Positions 11,959 through 21,833 of a stretch of DNA of 64,000 nucleotides are shown here, piece by piece. The translations under genes were made by a program, and so were the position numbers. The stretch is taken from the NCBI RefSeq assembly GCF_055900595.2, contig NZ_CM148325.1; one strand, 5' to 3'. The first letter of the stretch is position 1; each line of letters begins with the position of its first letter. The notes below the pieces were generated by a model that was not told where the DNA came from, made no database searches, and saw nothing but the letters and a program-made list of their open reading frames with translations.

Positions 11959-12822
11959 TTAACTTGCGACGGCCATCCCCACGGTCATATGCAAACCATA
12001 GAATACGCCACGACCGATTAATTCCCCTGCCAGAAGCAGAATGAATGATACGGAAAGTAGCGGAACCGCAGGCTGATAACCTTTTAGCTGTGGTGCAATC
12101 CACAAGCACAGGGCAACAGCCAAAAGCACGATCCGCCAGGACATCAGCGCACCATAGTCCGGCACCAGCGCTGCGGCCTGCTGCACAGAGCTATGAATAG
12201 TCGCCAGCTCTGCGCCCTGCATCACTGACACCTCGCCACTCACTACCAGGGCCAGTACAGAAATAGCTGGCAGCAGACGCATCGCCCAGCCATCGACGCC
12301 AGCCAGACTCAGTAACAGGTAACCCAGTAACGGGCCGCCCATGAACATCGTCAGGAAGAAGCCCATCGGTGTCCAGATGCTGTACCAGGTGGGTACGGTA
12401 TCGATGCTGTTATAGACACGCACCATCATCCAGACAAAGACTACGCCAAGAACCATCGTCACCACCAGCCACAGCGTACGCAATGCCGGTGACAGCTTTT
12501 TCAGCATTGCCAGTAACCAGCCGATGCCACCAACAGCAAAAAAGATCGAACCGCTGGCGATTTCGTTACTGAGTGCTGAAGCCCCTACCCGGTTGAGCGA
12601 GTTAAAGGCGCGCATCGGTGAACCAAGATGAAGCATAGAGGCGATAAAGCCAATACCCATCAGCACCCATAAGCCAAACATGCAGGCAATAACACGCTGC
12701 TGGGCTTCTGCTCGCAGGTCGCCTTTGAGCAGCGCCAAAGCCAGAACGATAAAACCACCTGCTACACATTGCCCGAAGACCGTGAAGATCATCAGCGGCC
12801 ATTCATGCCATCCACTTCCCAT
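11959..12822 (-). CDS. dmsC: DMSO reductase membrane anchor subunit
   Basis: 287 aa from MGSGWHEWPLMIF; 8-TM protein downstream of dmsB. Confidence 0.9.
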   Translation of the reverse strand: MGSGWHEWPLMIFTVFGQCVAGGFIVLALALLKGDLRAEAQQRVIACMFGLWVLMGIGFIASMLHLGSPMRAFNSLNRVGASALSNEIASGSIFFAVGGIGWLLAMLKKLSPALRTLWLVVTMVLGVVFVWMMVRVYNSIDTVPTWYSIWTPMGFFLTMFMGGPLLGYLLLSLAGVDGWAMRLLPAISVLALVVSGEVSVMQGAELATIHSSVQQAAALVPDYGALMSWRIVLLAVALCLWIAPQLKGYQPAVPLLSVSFILLLAGELIGRGVFYGLHMTVGMAVAS

Positions 12823-12823
12823 C

Positions 12824-13441
12824 TCACACCTCCTTCGGGTTTGCCAGATAGCCAGTGGTATCCCCGGTCGGGCGGCTGTTGGCATTGGGTTTGATCACAA
12901 TATTCGGTTTGGTAAAGTGAGCTCGCGGCAACGGCGCAACAGCCGCCAAATCGCCATGTTTTTTACGCAGCTCGTCGATAGGGCCGAAATCCAGCGCCCG
13001 CAGCGGGCAAGATTCAACACAGATCGGCTTCTTCCCCTCCGCAACACGGTCATAACAACCATCGCATTTGGTCATATGGCCTTTCGTTTCGTTATATTGC
13101 GGTGCGCCATACGGGCAAGCCATATGGCAGTAACGGCAGCCAATGCATACATCTTCATCGACCACAACAAAACCATCTTCACGTTTATGCATCGCACCGC
13201 TCGGGCAGACTTTAGTACAAGCCGGATCTTCGCAGTGGTTACATGAAATCGACAGATAGTAGGCAAACACGTTCTGGTGCCAGACACCGTTATCTTCCTG
13301 CCAGTCGCCGCCAGCATATTCATAAATGCGGCGGAAACTGACTTCTGGCGTCAAATCTTTGTAGTCTTTACAAGCCAGCTCGCAGGTTTTGCAACCGGTG
13401 CAACGGCTGGAATCAATAAAAAATCCATACTGGGTTGTCAT
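12824..13441 (-). CDS. dmsB: DMSO reductase iron-sulfur subunit
   Basis: 205 aa with four CxxCxxCxxxCP ferredoxin-type motifs. Confidence 0.93.
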   Translation of the reverse strand: MTTQYGFFIDSSRCTGCKTCELACKDYKDLTPEVSFRRIYEYAGGDWQEDNGVWHQNVFAYYLSISCNHCEDPACTKVCPSGAMHKREDGFVVVDEDVCIGCRYCHMACPYGAPQYNETKGHMTKCDGCYDRVAEGKKPICVESCPLRALDFGPIDELRKKHGDLAAVAPLPRAHFTKPNIVIKPNANSRPTGDTTGYLANPKEV

Positions 13442-13451
13442 CGGTTACTCC

Positions 13452-15896
13452 TTACACCTTTTCAACCTGAACAAGGTTTGTATGTGACGGATTCCCCTTA
13501 GCGAGAGGAGACGGACGTTGAGTGGTCAGTACGTTGATACAACCGCCCTTATCGACACGTTTTGCATCCGGGTCATACCAGGCACCTTCACCCAGTGCGA
13601 CCACACCCGGCATCATTCGTGGCGTCACTTTCGCCTCAATATGAACCTCACCACGATCGTTAAAGATCCTGACTTTATCGCCGTTGTTGATACCGCGTTT
13701 TTGCGCATCAAGCGGGTTGATCCACATTTCCTGACGGCAAGCCGCTTTCAGCACATCAACGTTGCCGTAAGTTGAGTGAACGCGAGATTTATAGTGGAAA
13801 CCCGTAAGCTGCAGCGGATATTGTTTGTTCAGCGGATCCTGATAACTTTCAAAGCCCGGCGTGTAGATCGGCAGTGGATCGATCACATCGCCTTCTGGCA
13901 ATTCCCAGGTAGCGGCAATGTCAGCAAGCGCCTGCGAATAAATCTCAATTTTACCCGATGGCGTGGTCAGTGGATTTGCCTGCGGATCTTCACGGAAGGC
14001 TTTATAAGCAACGTGATGCCCTTGTGGGTCGCGCTTTTTAAAGATCCCCTGCTTGCGGAACTCTTCAAACGTTGGCAGTTCAGGAATCGCTTCCCGCGAC
14101 TGGGCATACAGATGCCGCATCCACTCTTCCTGTGTACGGCCTTCAGTAAACTGTTGCTCAACGCCAAGACGTTTTGCCAGTTCGCTGGTCATTTCATAGA
14201 TGGTCTTACATTCAAAGCGCGGTTTAATCACCTGATCGTTGAAAATCACGTAAGACATATTCCCGCAGGATGCATCCAGTGCAAAGTCCATCTGTTCGGA
14301 AGCGGTGCAGTCAGGCAGCAGGATGTCAGCATATTTCGCCGATGAAGTCATGTGGCAGTCGATAACCACAATCAGCTCGCACTTCTTATCATCCTGAAGG
14401 ATTTCATGGGTACGGTTGATTTCAGAATGCTGGTTAATCAGGCAGTTACCGGCATAGTTCCAGATCATTTTGATCGGCACATCCAGCTTATCTTTCCCGC
14501 GCACACCATCACGCAGCGCTGTCATTTCCGGGCCTCGTTCAATGGCATCGGTCCACATAAACATCGAAATGCTGGTCTGGATCGGGTTTTCGAGGGTCGG
14601 CATACGGACAAAAGGTAAGCTGTATGAACCTTCACGCGCGCCGCTGTTGCCCCCGTTAATACCAACGTTACCGGTCAGAATCGCCAGCATCGAGATAGCA
14701 CGGGTTGCGATTTCACCGTTAGCGTGACGCTGCGGGCCCCATCCCTGGCTGATAAACGCCGGTTTGGTACTACCGATTTCACGAGCCAATTTGATGATTT
14801 TGTCTGCCGGAACACCGGTGATTTGCGAGGCCCATTCCGGCGTTTTAGCCACGCCATCTGGCCCTTCACCCAGAATATAAGCTTTATAGTGACCATTTTT
14901 CGGCGCACTGGCTGGCAGTGTTTTCTCGTCGTAGCCAACGCAATATTTATCGAGGAATGCCTGATCCACCAGGTTTTCGGTGATCATGACATACGCCAGA
15001 CCGTTAACCAGTGCGGCATCTGTTCCCGGACGAATAGGGATCCACTCATCTTCGCGCCCGGCACCGGTGTCAGTATAGCGCGGATCGATGATGATCATGC
15101 GAGCATTAGATTTCTGGCGCGCCTGTTCAAGATAGTAAGTCACCCCACCGCCACTCATTCGCGTTTCGCCAGGGTTATTACCAAACAGCACTACCAGTTT
15201 ACTGTTTTCGATATCCGACGGGCTGTTACCATCTGCCCAGCCGCCGTAGGTATAGTTCAAACCTTCCGCAATTTGCGCGGAAGAGTAGTCACCGTAATGG
15301 TTCAGATAACCGCCGCAGCAGTTCATCAGGCGAGCGACCAGGGTATTTCCCGGCGGCCAGGAGCGGGTCATGGTGCCGCCCAGCGTACCGGTACCATAGT
15401 TCAGATAGATAGACTCGTTGCCGTACTCTTTGATCAGGCGCTGCATATTGGTCGCGATGATGTCGTAGGCTTCTTCCCAGCTAATGCGCTCGAATTTGCC
15501 TTCACCGCGCGCCCCGACTCGTTTCATCGGATATTTCAGGCGGTCCGGATTGTAGACACGGCGACGCATGGAACGCCCACGCAGACAGGCGCGCACCTGG
15601 TGCAGGCCGTCATAGTTGTCATCGCCGGTATTATCCGTTTCAACATATTTAATTTCACCGTCCACAACGTGCATACGTAGCGGGCAGCGGCTACCACAGT
15701 TAACTGTACAGGCGCTCCAGATTACCTTTTCGTCTGACTTTGCCGGAAGGGCACTATCAACAGCGTGCGCAATCCGACTAAAAGGTAATGTTAATGCGCT
15801 GCTGGCCATTGCCAGGCCGCCGATCGCTGTCGTTTTTACCAAACCACGGCGACTCACCTCAGCAGCCAATACCGCATCAGGGATTTTCGTTTTCAT
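13452..15896 (-). CDS. dmsA: DMSO reductase catalytic molybdopterin subunit
   Basis: 814 aa; N-terminal twin-arginine signal (SRRGLVKTTAIGGLAMA). Confidence 0.95.
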   Translation of the reverse strand: MKTKIPDAVLAAEVSRRGLVKTTAIGGLAMASSALTLPFSRIAHAVDSALPAKSDEKVIWSACTVNCGSRCPLRMHVVDGEIKYVETDNTGDDNYDGLHQVRACLRGRSMRRRVYNPDRLKYPMKRVGARGEGKFERISWEEAYDIIATNMQRLIKEYGNESIYLNYGTGTLGGTMTRSWPPGNTLVARLMNCCGGYLNHYGDYSSAQIAEGLNYTYGGWADGNSPSDIENSKLVVLFGNNPGETRMSGGGVTYYLEQARQKSNARMIIIDPRYTDTGAGREDEWIPIRPGTDAALVNGLAYVMITENLVDQAFLDKYCVGYDEKTLPASAPKNGHYKAYILGEGPDGVAKTPEWASQITGVPADKIIKLAREIGSTKPAFISQGWGPQRHANGEIATRAISMLAILTGNVGINGGNSGAREGSYSLPFVRMPTLENPIQTSISMFMWTDAIERGPEMTALRDGVRGKDKLDVPIKMIWNYAGNCLINQHSEINRTHEILQDDKKCELIVVIDCHMTSSAKYADILLPDCTASEQMDFALDASCGNMSYVIFNDQVIKPRFECKTIYEMTSELAKRLGVEQQFTEGRTQEEWMRHLYAQSREAIPELPTFEEFRKQGIFKKRDPQGHHVAYKAFREDPQANPLTTPSGKIEIYSQALADIAATWELPEGDVIDPLPIYTPGFESYQDPLNKQYPLQLTGFHYKSRVHSTYGNVDVLKAACRQEMWINPLDAQKRGINNGDKVRIFNDRGEVHIEAKVTPRMMPGVVALGEGAWYDPDAKRVDKGGCINVLTTQRPSPLAKGNPSHTNLVQVEKV

Positions 15897-16066
15897 AATG
15901 GCTCACTCAAGCTTGCTCACGATTGATTCCAGTAACAAACCGTATTGTGTAATTATTTCTATAGCAGGTCGCTATATAGGCTTGTATATATCGAATAATT
16001 TGAAAATCAAAGAGATATGTAGATTTTCACTCGAAAGTAGTATTACGTGTAAGTGAGGAGTAATTA

Positions 16067-16080
16067 TTGTTCGGTATCAA
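16067..16080 (-). promoter_or_regulatory. FNR-box-like site upstream of dmsA (TTGATACCGAACAA on the minus strand)
   Basis: matches TTGAT-N4-ATCAA consensus with one mismatch; lies 12 bp from the prophage att core. Confidence 0.5.
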
Positions 16081-16091
16081 AGGGAGACAAA

Positions 16092-16106
16092 AAAAGCGCC
16101 CGCAGG
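16092..16106. repeat. att core copy, integrase-proximal
   Basis: exact 15-mer shared with 53386..53400. Confidence 0.8.
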
Positions 16107-16192
16107 AGATTTAACGGTACTTACTCCTCTTGCTGATTTCCTTATTTTTCAATAAGTAAACAAAAACAAGGGGAGCAAATTATCACAAATAA

Positions 16193-17197
16193 TTACTGGT
16201 CGATGGACAGTTTATGGACACTTTCAGCCAGCGGATTAAAGCTGATCGCATCCTGTAAAAAGTCCGGTGAAAAATGCGCATACGTCATCGTTTGCTGAAT
16301 CGTGGCGTGACCCAGGATCCTCTGCAACGTGACGATGTTCCCGCCGTTCATCATGAAATGCGTGGCGAACGTGTGCCGCATGACATGCGTGGCCTGCCCT
16401 TTGGGTAAGTCGGGCTTCACCTCCTGAAGGATCTCCCTGAAACTGAGATAATCAACCTGATATAACAGGCCGGTCCGGCGGGTTTTAATTAACGGCACAA
16501 CGGAATCAGCTACAGGAACCGAGCGCGATTTCCCGTTCTTTGTGTTAAAGAACGTCACCCTGTTACCCACGATGTGTTCCCCGCGAAGCGTTGACGCCTC
16601 TTTCCATCTGGCCCCGGTCGAAAGGCACAGAATGGCAATGCGTCGTGCATCACCCTCAAGCCGTTTCAGAAGGCGATCAATCTCGTCATCTGAAAGAAAG
16701 GCCATTTCTGTATTCTGAACCTTGAGTTTACGTATTCCGCGCACAGGGTTTTCGTTATGATAAACCTCCGCGTCAATTAACAACGAAAACATCGCAGATA
16801 AGGCGCACAGGTCGCGATTGATACTGGACGGCATCAGTCCCGCCTGCAACTTATCCGAGCGATACTCAATCACGAATTTTCGTGTCATCTGGCTGGCGCG
16901 CGGGTCCCCCATTTCACGTATCACCTTCTCCAGTCTGGTTCTGTAGGTATCACCATATGCCTGATTACGACCATCAAGCATCCACCACACCTCAATCAGT
17001 TCTGATAACCGCCGTTGATCGGCGGGCCTTGCCTGCCACGGGTTATTGTGGAAATTCTGAAGAACGTATCTTTCGAATTCCTGCGCCTTTGATTTCAGGG
17101 TGAAAATCTTACGAATCCGCCTTCCTCCCGCCCCCTGAGGCCTTACATCAACCTGATAACGTCCGTCTTTGAGTTGCTTAATCGACATGATCAGCAC
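16193..17197 (-). CDS. int: P2-family tyrosine integrase
   Basis: P2 Int-like sequence (KQLKDGRYQVDVRP..., ILCLSTGARW..., catalytic region HVMRHTFATHFMMNGGNIVTLQRILGH...YAHF); true start may be the MSIKQL Met. Confidence 0.9.
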   Translation of the reverse strand: MLIMSIKQLKDGRYQVDVRPQGAGGRRIRKIFTLKSKAQEFERYVLQNFHNNPWQARPADQRRLSELIEVWWMLDGRNQAYGDTYRTRLEKVIREMGDPRASQMTRKFVIEYRSDKLQAGLMPSSINRDLCALSAMFSLLIDAEVYHNENPVRGIRKLKVQNTEMAFLSDDEIDRLLKRLEGDARRIAILCLSTGARWKEASTLRGEHIVGNRVTFFNTKNGKSRSVPVADSVVPLIKTRRTGLLYQVDYLSFREILQEVKPDLPKGQATHVMRHTFATHFMMNGGNIVTLQRILGHATIQQTMTYAHFSPDFLQDAISFNPLAESVHKLSIDQ

Positions 17198-17257
17198 CTC
17201 CGACGGATAAACCTGTTAACCCCTGCTTACTGAACGCCGCCCGTTCAATATACAGCG

Positions 17258-17599
17258 TCAGCCAGCATTGCGGCCTGATTGGGGTGATTTTTGGGTATTG
17301 CGGGTTGAAACCTGATCGTCCTCCGACTGCGTGGAGCCATCAAGAGAGAGAGCCGGGGCGATCTGACCGGCAACAGGTAGCGTCTTATCTTTGATTAGCC
17401 AGAACATATATTTTTCAAACCGATCCACTTGAAGGACGGCCTCAACAATCTTTGCTCTGGCGATCTTTTGCCCTGACTCATAATTCCTGACAGTTGCCAG
17501 AGATAACCCTGTAATATCAGCAAATTGCTTTTGAGTTAGCCCTTCCGTCTTGCGTATCAAACGCAACTTTTTCGCATAGTCTATTGACAAGATACTCAT
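17258..17599 (-). CDS. P2 C-type immunity repressor
   Basis: 113 aa, HTH (LTQKQFADITGLSLATVRNYESG) and GQIAPAL motif resembling P2 C; divergent from the early operon. Confidence 0.8.
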   Translation of the reverse strand: MSILSIDYAKKLRLIRKTEGLTQKQFADITGLSLATVRNYESGQKIARAKIVEAVLQVDRFEKYMFWLIKDKTLPVAGQIAPALSLDGSTQSEDDQVSTRNTQKSPQSGRNAG

Positions 17600-17648
17600 T
17601 TGGGGATTAATCTCCTACAAAAGATAACCGTACGATTATCTTTACAAG

Positions 17649-17667
17649 TCATCAAAAATCATCAAAA
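17649..17667. promoter_or_regulatory. direct repeats TCATCAAAA x2 in the C/early divergent promoter region (candidate operator)
   Basis: two 9-bp direct repeats 10 bp apart between the repressor gene and the first early gene. Confidence 0.4.
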
Positions 17668-17702
17668 GGCGCAACAAGCGCACCAATGCAAGAGGATAAC
17701 AA

Positions 17703-18224
17703 ATGCGGGAGATTATTGCCGACAAAGAGTTATCTGGCGCTCAACCGGTTCAGGATGATGGCGCGGACAATGAATTCATTGAAGCTGCCAACGACAACGA
17801 ACACCTGGAAACCAAAACCAGACCGTCCTACAAAAAGGGCGCAACCCTACGACTGGACGGCCCAGTCGCAGGACTTGTGTCACTGGAAAAAGGGGCTGCC
17901 TATCTGGGGGTAACAAAATCTGCGCTACGCGCCGCCATTCAGCGCGGGCAGATGCCGGGTCACAAAACGCGCTCAAATCCCGAAGATGAAAAGTCAGACG
18001 GTACATGGTGGTTTAACGCCAAAGCCTGGGACGAACTAGCCGACGAACTACTGGAGTGCGAACCGCCAGAGTGGCACAACTGGAAAAGCTACTGGACGTA
18101 CGACCGCAAGAAAAGAAAGTTTTCACCGGCAAACAAGGAGGACTGCCAGACCGTTAAAGGTAAGCAGGTTTACTCCCCCAGAGTTTCAAAACTGGAGCAA
18201 CTCAAAAACAACCAGCCCGGCTAA
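17703..18224 (+). CDS. first early-operon gene, HTH protein (Cox/excision-control analogue, putative)
   Basis: position equivalent to P2 cox; HTH-like segment LGVTKSALRAAIQRGQMPG; longer than P2 Cox. Confidence 0.5.
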   Translation: MREIIADKELSGAQPVQDDGADNEFIEAANDNEHLETKTRPSYKKGATLRLDGPVAGLVSLEKGAAYLGVTKSALRAAIQRGQMPGHKTRSNPEDEKSDGTWWFNAKAWDELADELLECEPPEWHNWKSYWTYDRKKRKFSPANKEDCQTVKGKQVYSPRVSKLEQLKNNQPG

Positions 18225-18232
18225 ACACGAAA

Positions 18233-18439
18233 ATGACCAGCAATATCATCAATGCCGTTTTGAACATTATATTCCTGGAATTAGGCGTAGTGGTGATTTA
18301 TCTGCTTGGCAAGCTAACAGGACAAAAAGAACGTTTTATTGTCCTCAACGTTCATTACGTCGCAGCTTATTCTAAAGGGCTTTTTCCAATAGTTGTTGGC
18401 GCGGGACTTACAGCGTTTGTCATCTGGCTCATCAGGTAG
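18233..18439 (+). CDS. small membrane protein (2 predicted TM)
   Basis: 68-aa hydrophobic ORF in early operon. Confidence 0.4.
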   Translation: MTSNIINAVLNIIFLELGVVVIYLLGKLTGQKERFIVLNVHYVAAYSKGLFPIVVGAGLTAFVIWLIR

Positions 18440-18721
18440 AGGCACACAACGTAATCATTCGTAGCTATATTTCCGCAATAGTATTCAAGTAAAGGAAGAC
18501 AACAACATGAAACCAAGACAAAGATTAACCTCCAGAAGTAGTGACGCATTGCACTTTAAAGCAAAAGACATAATAGCCACAACAAAGGTAGGAGCATAAG
18601 TCTATATACACTTTCAGAATTTCTATCTGGAGAGAACATTAAAAACGGAAGAGGAAGCCAATGAGTATTTGTTATTCATGAAAGATTGCATAGAAGGAAA
18701 AATAAGCGCAGGAGATAAATA

Positions 18722-19030
18722 ATGCGAAAACATTATTCACAGCCACATTTCCGCAACAGTGCACCACGCAGCAATAACCGCTGGAGCCTGCGCGAAACAC
18801 ACGCAACGCCGGGCGGTCATGCTGTAAAACAGACTGGTCAACACACCTGGCTGATTGAGCAGGCCGGACTCGTGATCCACAGATGCCACCGCAATCCGTT
18901 TACCGGAAACCGCATTTTTGCACTGAGCAGCGGCGACAATCAGTTCGGACAGGATTTCACACTGCACGAAGCCTTGCGAACTGCCGACCGCTTAATCGAG
19001 GGGCGCAGCTTTCAGCATACCGACTACTAA
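18722..19030 (+). CDS. hypothetical early protein
   Basis: 102-aa ORF with AGGAG RBS. Confidence 0.45.
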   Translation: MRKHYSQPHFRNSAPRSNNRWSLRETHATPGGHAVKQTGQHTWLIEQAGLVIHRCHRNPFTGNRIFALSSGDNQFGQDFTLHEALRTADRLIEGRSFQHTDY

Positions 19031-19068
19031 GGCAAAAGGAGTCTTAATAAGACAGAAGAGGCAGCAAG

Positions 19069-19311
19069 ATGAAAAGAGCCTATAAAGAACTCATTAACGA
19101 CGCGCTTCAGAATTACCATTACGGACTTACAAGCCGTGGCACTAACGGTGACGCTGTTTCACTTGCAGCACTGACTACAGCAATCAAGGGCCTGACCTGT
19201 TGCGCCTTTGGTTCCGGAGATAATGAAGCTCTGACGGAATTACAGGCCATTAATAAAGACCTGTCTGAAGGAAACGTAATAACCCCCTTTGTAATTCAGG
19301 AGGAAGCATGA
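19069..19311 (+). CDS. hypothetical early protein
   Basis: 80-aa ORF co-directional in early operon. Confidence 0.45.
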   Translation: MKRAYKELINDALQNYHYGLTSRGTNGDAVSLAALTTAIKGLTCCAFGSGDNEALTELQAINKDLSEGNVITPFVIQEEA

Positions 19312-19433
19312 GCGTATTTATGTCATGGTTAATTCTTATCCTTGCCATTATTTGCGCTGTGGAGATTATGCGGGTAATTAACAGCATTAACACCATTGAA
19401 TCGTTATTTACTGGCGATAAGCGCCGTAAATAA
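19308..19433 (+). CDS. tiny hydrophobic protein (41 aa, single TM)
   Basis: ATGA overlap with upstream stop; MSVFMSWLILILAIICAVEIM...; below six-frame size cut-off. Confidence 0.3.
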   Translation: MSVFMSWLILILAIICAVEIMRVINSINTIESLFTGDKRRK

Positions 19434-19513
19434 ACAGGCGTTTAACACCAGAAACAACCAGAAACATCCGCTCACGCGGAGGGGTTGACCCGCTCAAAAA
19501 GGAGAAATCAGGA

Positions 19514-19807
19514 ATGCTTAATAATAAAAAAAACCGAATCATTGATAACAGTGAACAGGTCAACAAAATAATCGAAGGCACAAACAAATTAATTAAGAAA
19601 AAAAACAAACTAAGCCGTGAATTAATGGAACATCCGGAAGAAATATTATTAGCCATGATGCACCAGACAGAAGCGATAGCCATCGCCCTTGCCGTGCAGG
19701 CGCTTTCTGAGTTCCGGGAAGAAAACATCAGGCTGGCTCAGGAGCTGAAAAACCTCAGACGTCAGCTTCAGAGCACTGAGGCTGGCACGTCATCACGAAT
19801 ACACTGA
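19514..19807 (+). CDS. hypothetical coiled-coil protein
   Basis: 97 aa, strong RBS AAAAGGAGA. Confidence 0.5.
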   Translation: MLNNKKNRIIDNSEQVNKIIEGTNKLIKKKNKLSRELMEHPEEILLAMMHQTEAIAIALAVQALSEFREENIRLAQELKNLRRQLQSTEAGTSSRIH

Positions 19808-19817
19808 GGGCCACACC

Positions 19818-20027
19818 ATGACTGCAATTCTGAGAAGACGCAATAAAACGCTTTTTACCGATACATCCGGGATGGAATACGAAGTGGAAAGCAGTGTCAT
19901 CGCCACCACCACCCGATGCCCGGCAGGTGACGAACTGATTTACGTCCACCTGACGGACGGGTCACAGATAACCGTCCTGACAGAGTCATGGCGCGAACTC
20001 GAGATAATAAGCGAGGTAAGAACATGA
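19818..20027 (+). CDS. hypothetical protein
   Basis: 69-aa ORF with GAGGG RBS. Confidence 0.45.
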   Translation: MTAILRRRNKTLFTDTSGMEYEVESSVIATTTRCPAGDELIYVHLTDGSQITVLTESWRELEIISEVRT

Positions 20028-20236
20028 GCAGCAAACACGATACCAACGCACGCAGACCAGGCAAAGAGGCGCGTCACCATATCGCCGTAATGCGCAACCT
20101 GCTTATGAGTGAAATCGACGATTTTGTGGCAGGCCTGGGGCAACCGGGCGAACCAGCAACACCAGGCCAGATACACAGGGAATTACGCCGCCGCGTGGAA
20201 AACGTCGTGGATTACGTCATAAACCCGAACGACTGA
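20024..20236 (+). CDS. hypothetical protein
   Basis: 70 aa from MSSKHDTNARRPG, ATGA-overlap with upstream gene. Confidence 0.45.
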   Translation: MSSKHDTNARRPGKEARHHIAVMRNLLMSEIDDFVAGLGQPGEPATPGQIHRELRRRVENVVDYVINPND

Positions 20237-20275
20237 CGGGAACATGGCGAGCGTCAGATGACACACGCAGGGCAC

Positions 20276-20758
20276 TTATCGGGAAAAACCGATCGTAATG
20301 GCAGCCATCATCTTTTCAGCGAAAGAGAGAGATTCACGATGACTGATATTCAGAGACATACAGGCTTTGTTGTACGCCACATTTTCCATGCATTCCAGGA
20401 CAGGAGAGTCATGCATCTCAAGCTCTGGAAGGCGTGCCAGCAGAGCTTCCGTACTGAGGAGGGCGCTTTTGGTAATCAACTCATTGTAGCGATGGGCATG
20501 CTCACTCGCCGCCTGCGCACGTTGCCCGAAACGACATATGAAATTACAGGCTCCGAGAACCACCACCACTGCCCCAAGCACCCAGCCGAAATGCCAGCCG
20601 GCTACGATGAACGCACCCGCCGCAAGGATCAAAATGTTGATGATCGCATCAAGGCGACGATTGAATACCGCCGCGATGCGCTCCAGCCAGTAGCTGTACC
20701 AGAGACGGAACATGACCTCATCCCGTTCTCTCGATTTTTTACGTTGGTTGTTTTGCAT
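20276..20758 (-). CDS. membrane protein encoded antisense to the early operon (moron candidate)
   Basis: 160 aa, RBS GAGGGAT, two hydrophobic helices (IINILILAAGAFIVAGWHFGWVLGAVVVVLGA) plus soluble C-terminal domain. Confidence 0.5.
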   Translation of the reverse strand: MQNNQRKKSRERDEVMFRLWYSYWLERIAAVFNRRLDAIINILILAAGAFIVAGWHFGWVLGAVVVVLGACNFICRFGQRAQAASEHAHRYNELITKSALLSTEALLARLPELEMHDSPVLECMENVAYNKACMSLNISHRESLSFAEKMMAAITIGFSR

Positions 20759-20992
20759 GGTGTTTTATCCCTCATCGTCATCGCTCTGCCCCTAATCAGC
20801 GCAGAGTGCAGGGTAACCTGGCTCGTGGAATTTTTGCAGCCAGACATCTTTACCCCCGGGCGTGTTGAACAAAGTGTCCGCCAGATCCACTGAACGGCGG
20901 ATTCATCAATGCTAACACGCCCTTCTTTTCCGGTTGAAGGCGAAAAAACCGGACCATTACCCCGACACAAAACAGAACAACGGAGAACAACT

Positions 20993-21547
20993 ATGCCCGC
21001 ACTTAAACCTATGGGTGTATCAGGTGTACCACCGAAGCATGTCAGAGCCTGGACACAACAGGAAGATGCTCTACTGGTCGGTTTATACCCCTCCCACACC
21101 GTACCAGAACTGACAAAACACTTTCAGAGAACCGGGCCAGCAATACGAAGCCGCATCCGTCTTTTGCTCTCTCAGGGGGTTATCCACACCAAACAACCCC
21201 CCCTGAATACAAAAGAACTCAACACGCTCATCAGGAATCGCCACACAAAAACCATCCGGGAACTCGCGAATGAACTGGGGCGCTCGACATCCACGGTGGG
21301 ACTGAACCTGAGAAAAAGAGGGTACCGGTTCAGGAAATACGGGGAACTCCACCACAGAGCCAGATACAGCGATCACCTGGTGGAGTTGGTAACTGAACTG
21401 CGCGATGAACAGGGGATGACATTCAGCGAAATCAGAAAGTACATCCGGGACACGGCCGGGATATCCCTTAAAAGATGGGTCCTCGCCCGGCTTTACGCAC
21501 GATATACCGCCGCTGACACCGTGCTTTGCGAACTGCTACCGGACTGA
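20993..21547 (+). CDS. putative DNA-binding early protein (HTH)
   Basis: 184 aa from MPALKPMG with GGAG RBS; HTH-like TIRELANELGRSTSTVGLNLRKRGY. Confidence 0.5.
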   Translation: MPALKPMGVSGVPPKHVRAWTQQEDALLVGLYPSHTVPELTKHFQRTGPAIRSRIRLLLSQGVIHTKQPPLNTKELNTLIRNRHTKTIRELANELGRSTSTVGLNLRKRGYRFRKYGELHHRARYSDHLVELVTELRDEQGMTFSEIRKYIRDTAGISLKRWVLARLYARYTAADTVLCELLPD

Positions 21548-21638
21548 GTAACCACTATGCACACACAAAAAAACCGCTTGCCATGCCGCAATCAGTCAGG
21601 TTACATTTCCGCTGCACCTCATAAAACGGGTGCCGGGA

Positions 21639-21833
21639 TTGCAACCCCCGCTGACAACTACAGCGCACAACCGCGCCAGCGGTTTTTTTGTGCGTACCGT
21701 ATCGCCACGTCTTTTTCGCGCCAGAATTATGGCGGGGCGTATGGGGCCGACTTCGGTCGGGCCGGTTTCTGTAGTTGCCGGTGGTTGCAACCCTGTACGT
21801 CTCGCCACCCAGAATTGCAACCTCTGGATGGTG
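21639..21833. repeat. TTGCAAC direct repeats (4 copies; three at ~30-bp spacing upstream of the 21868 gene)
   Basis: copies at 21639, 21766, 21796, 21827 in a ~320-bp noncoding stretch. Confidence 0.6.
21669..21690 (+). terminator. hairpin plus T-run (ACCGCGCCAGCGGTTTTTTT)
   Basis: GC stem followed by seven T. Confidence 0.45.

Noticed and set aside
13776-15680. Plus-strand ORFs (189 and 318 aa) inside dmsA
   Set aside because: Antisense to dmsA; His/Phe/Arg-rich implausible translations.
20258-20893. 211-aa plus-strand ORF overlapping the antisense membrane protein gene
   Set aside because: Weak RBS and His-rich odd composition; the minus-strand frame has a better RBS and TM helices. Left unresolved in the findings.
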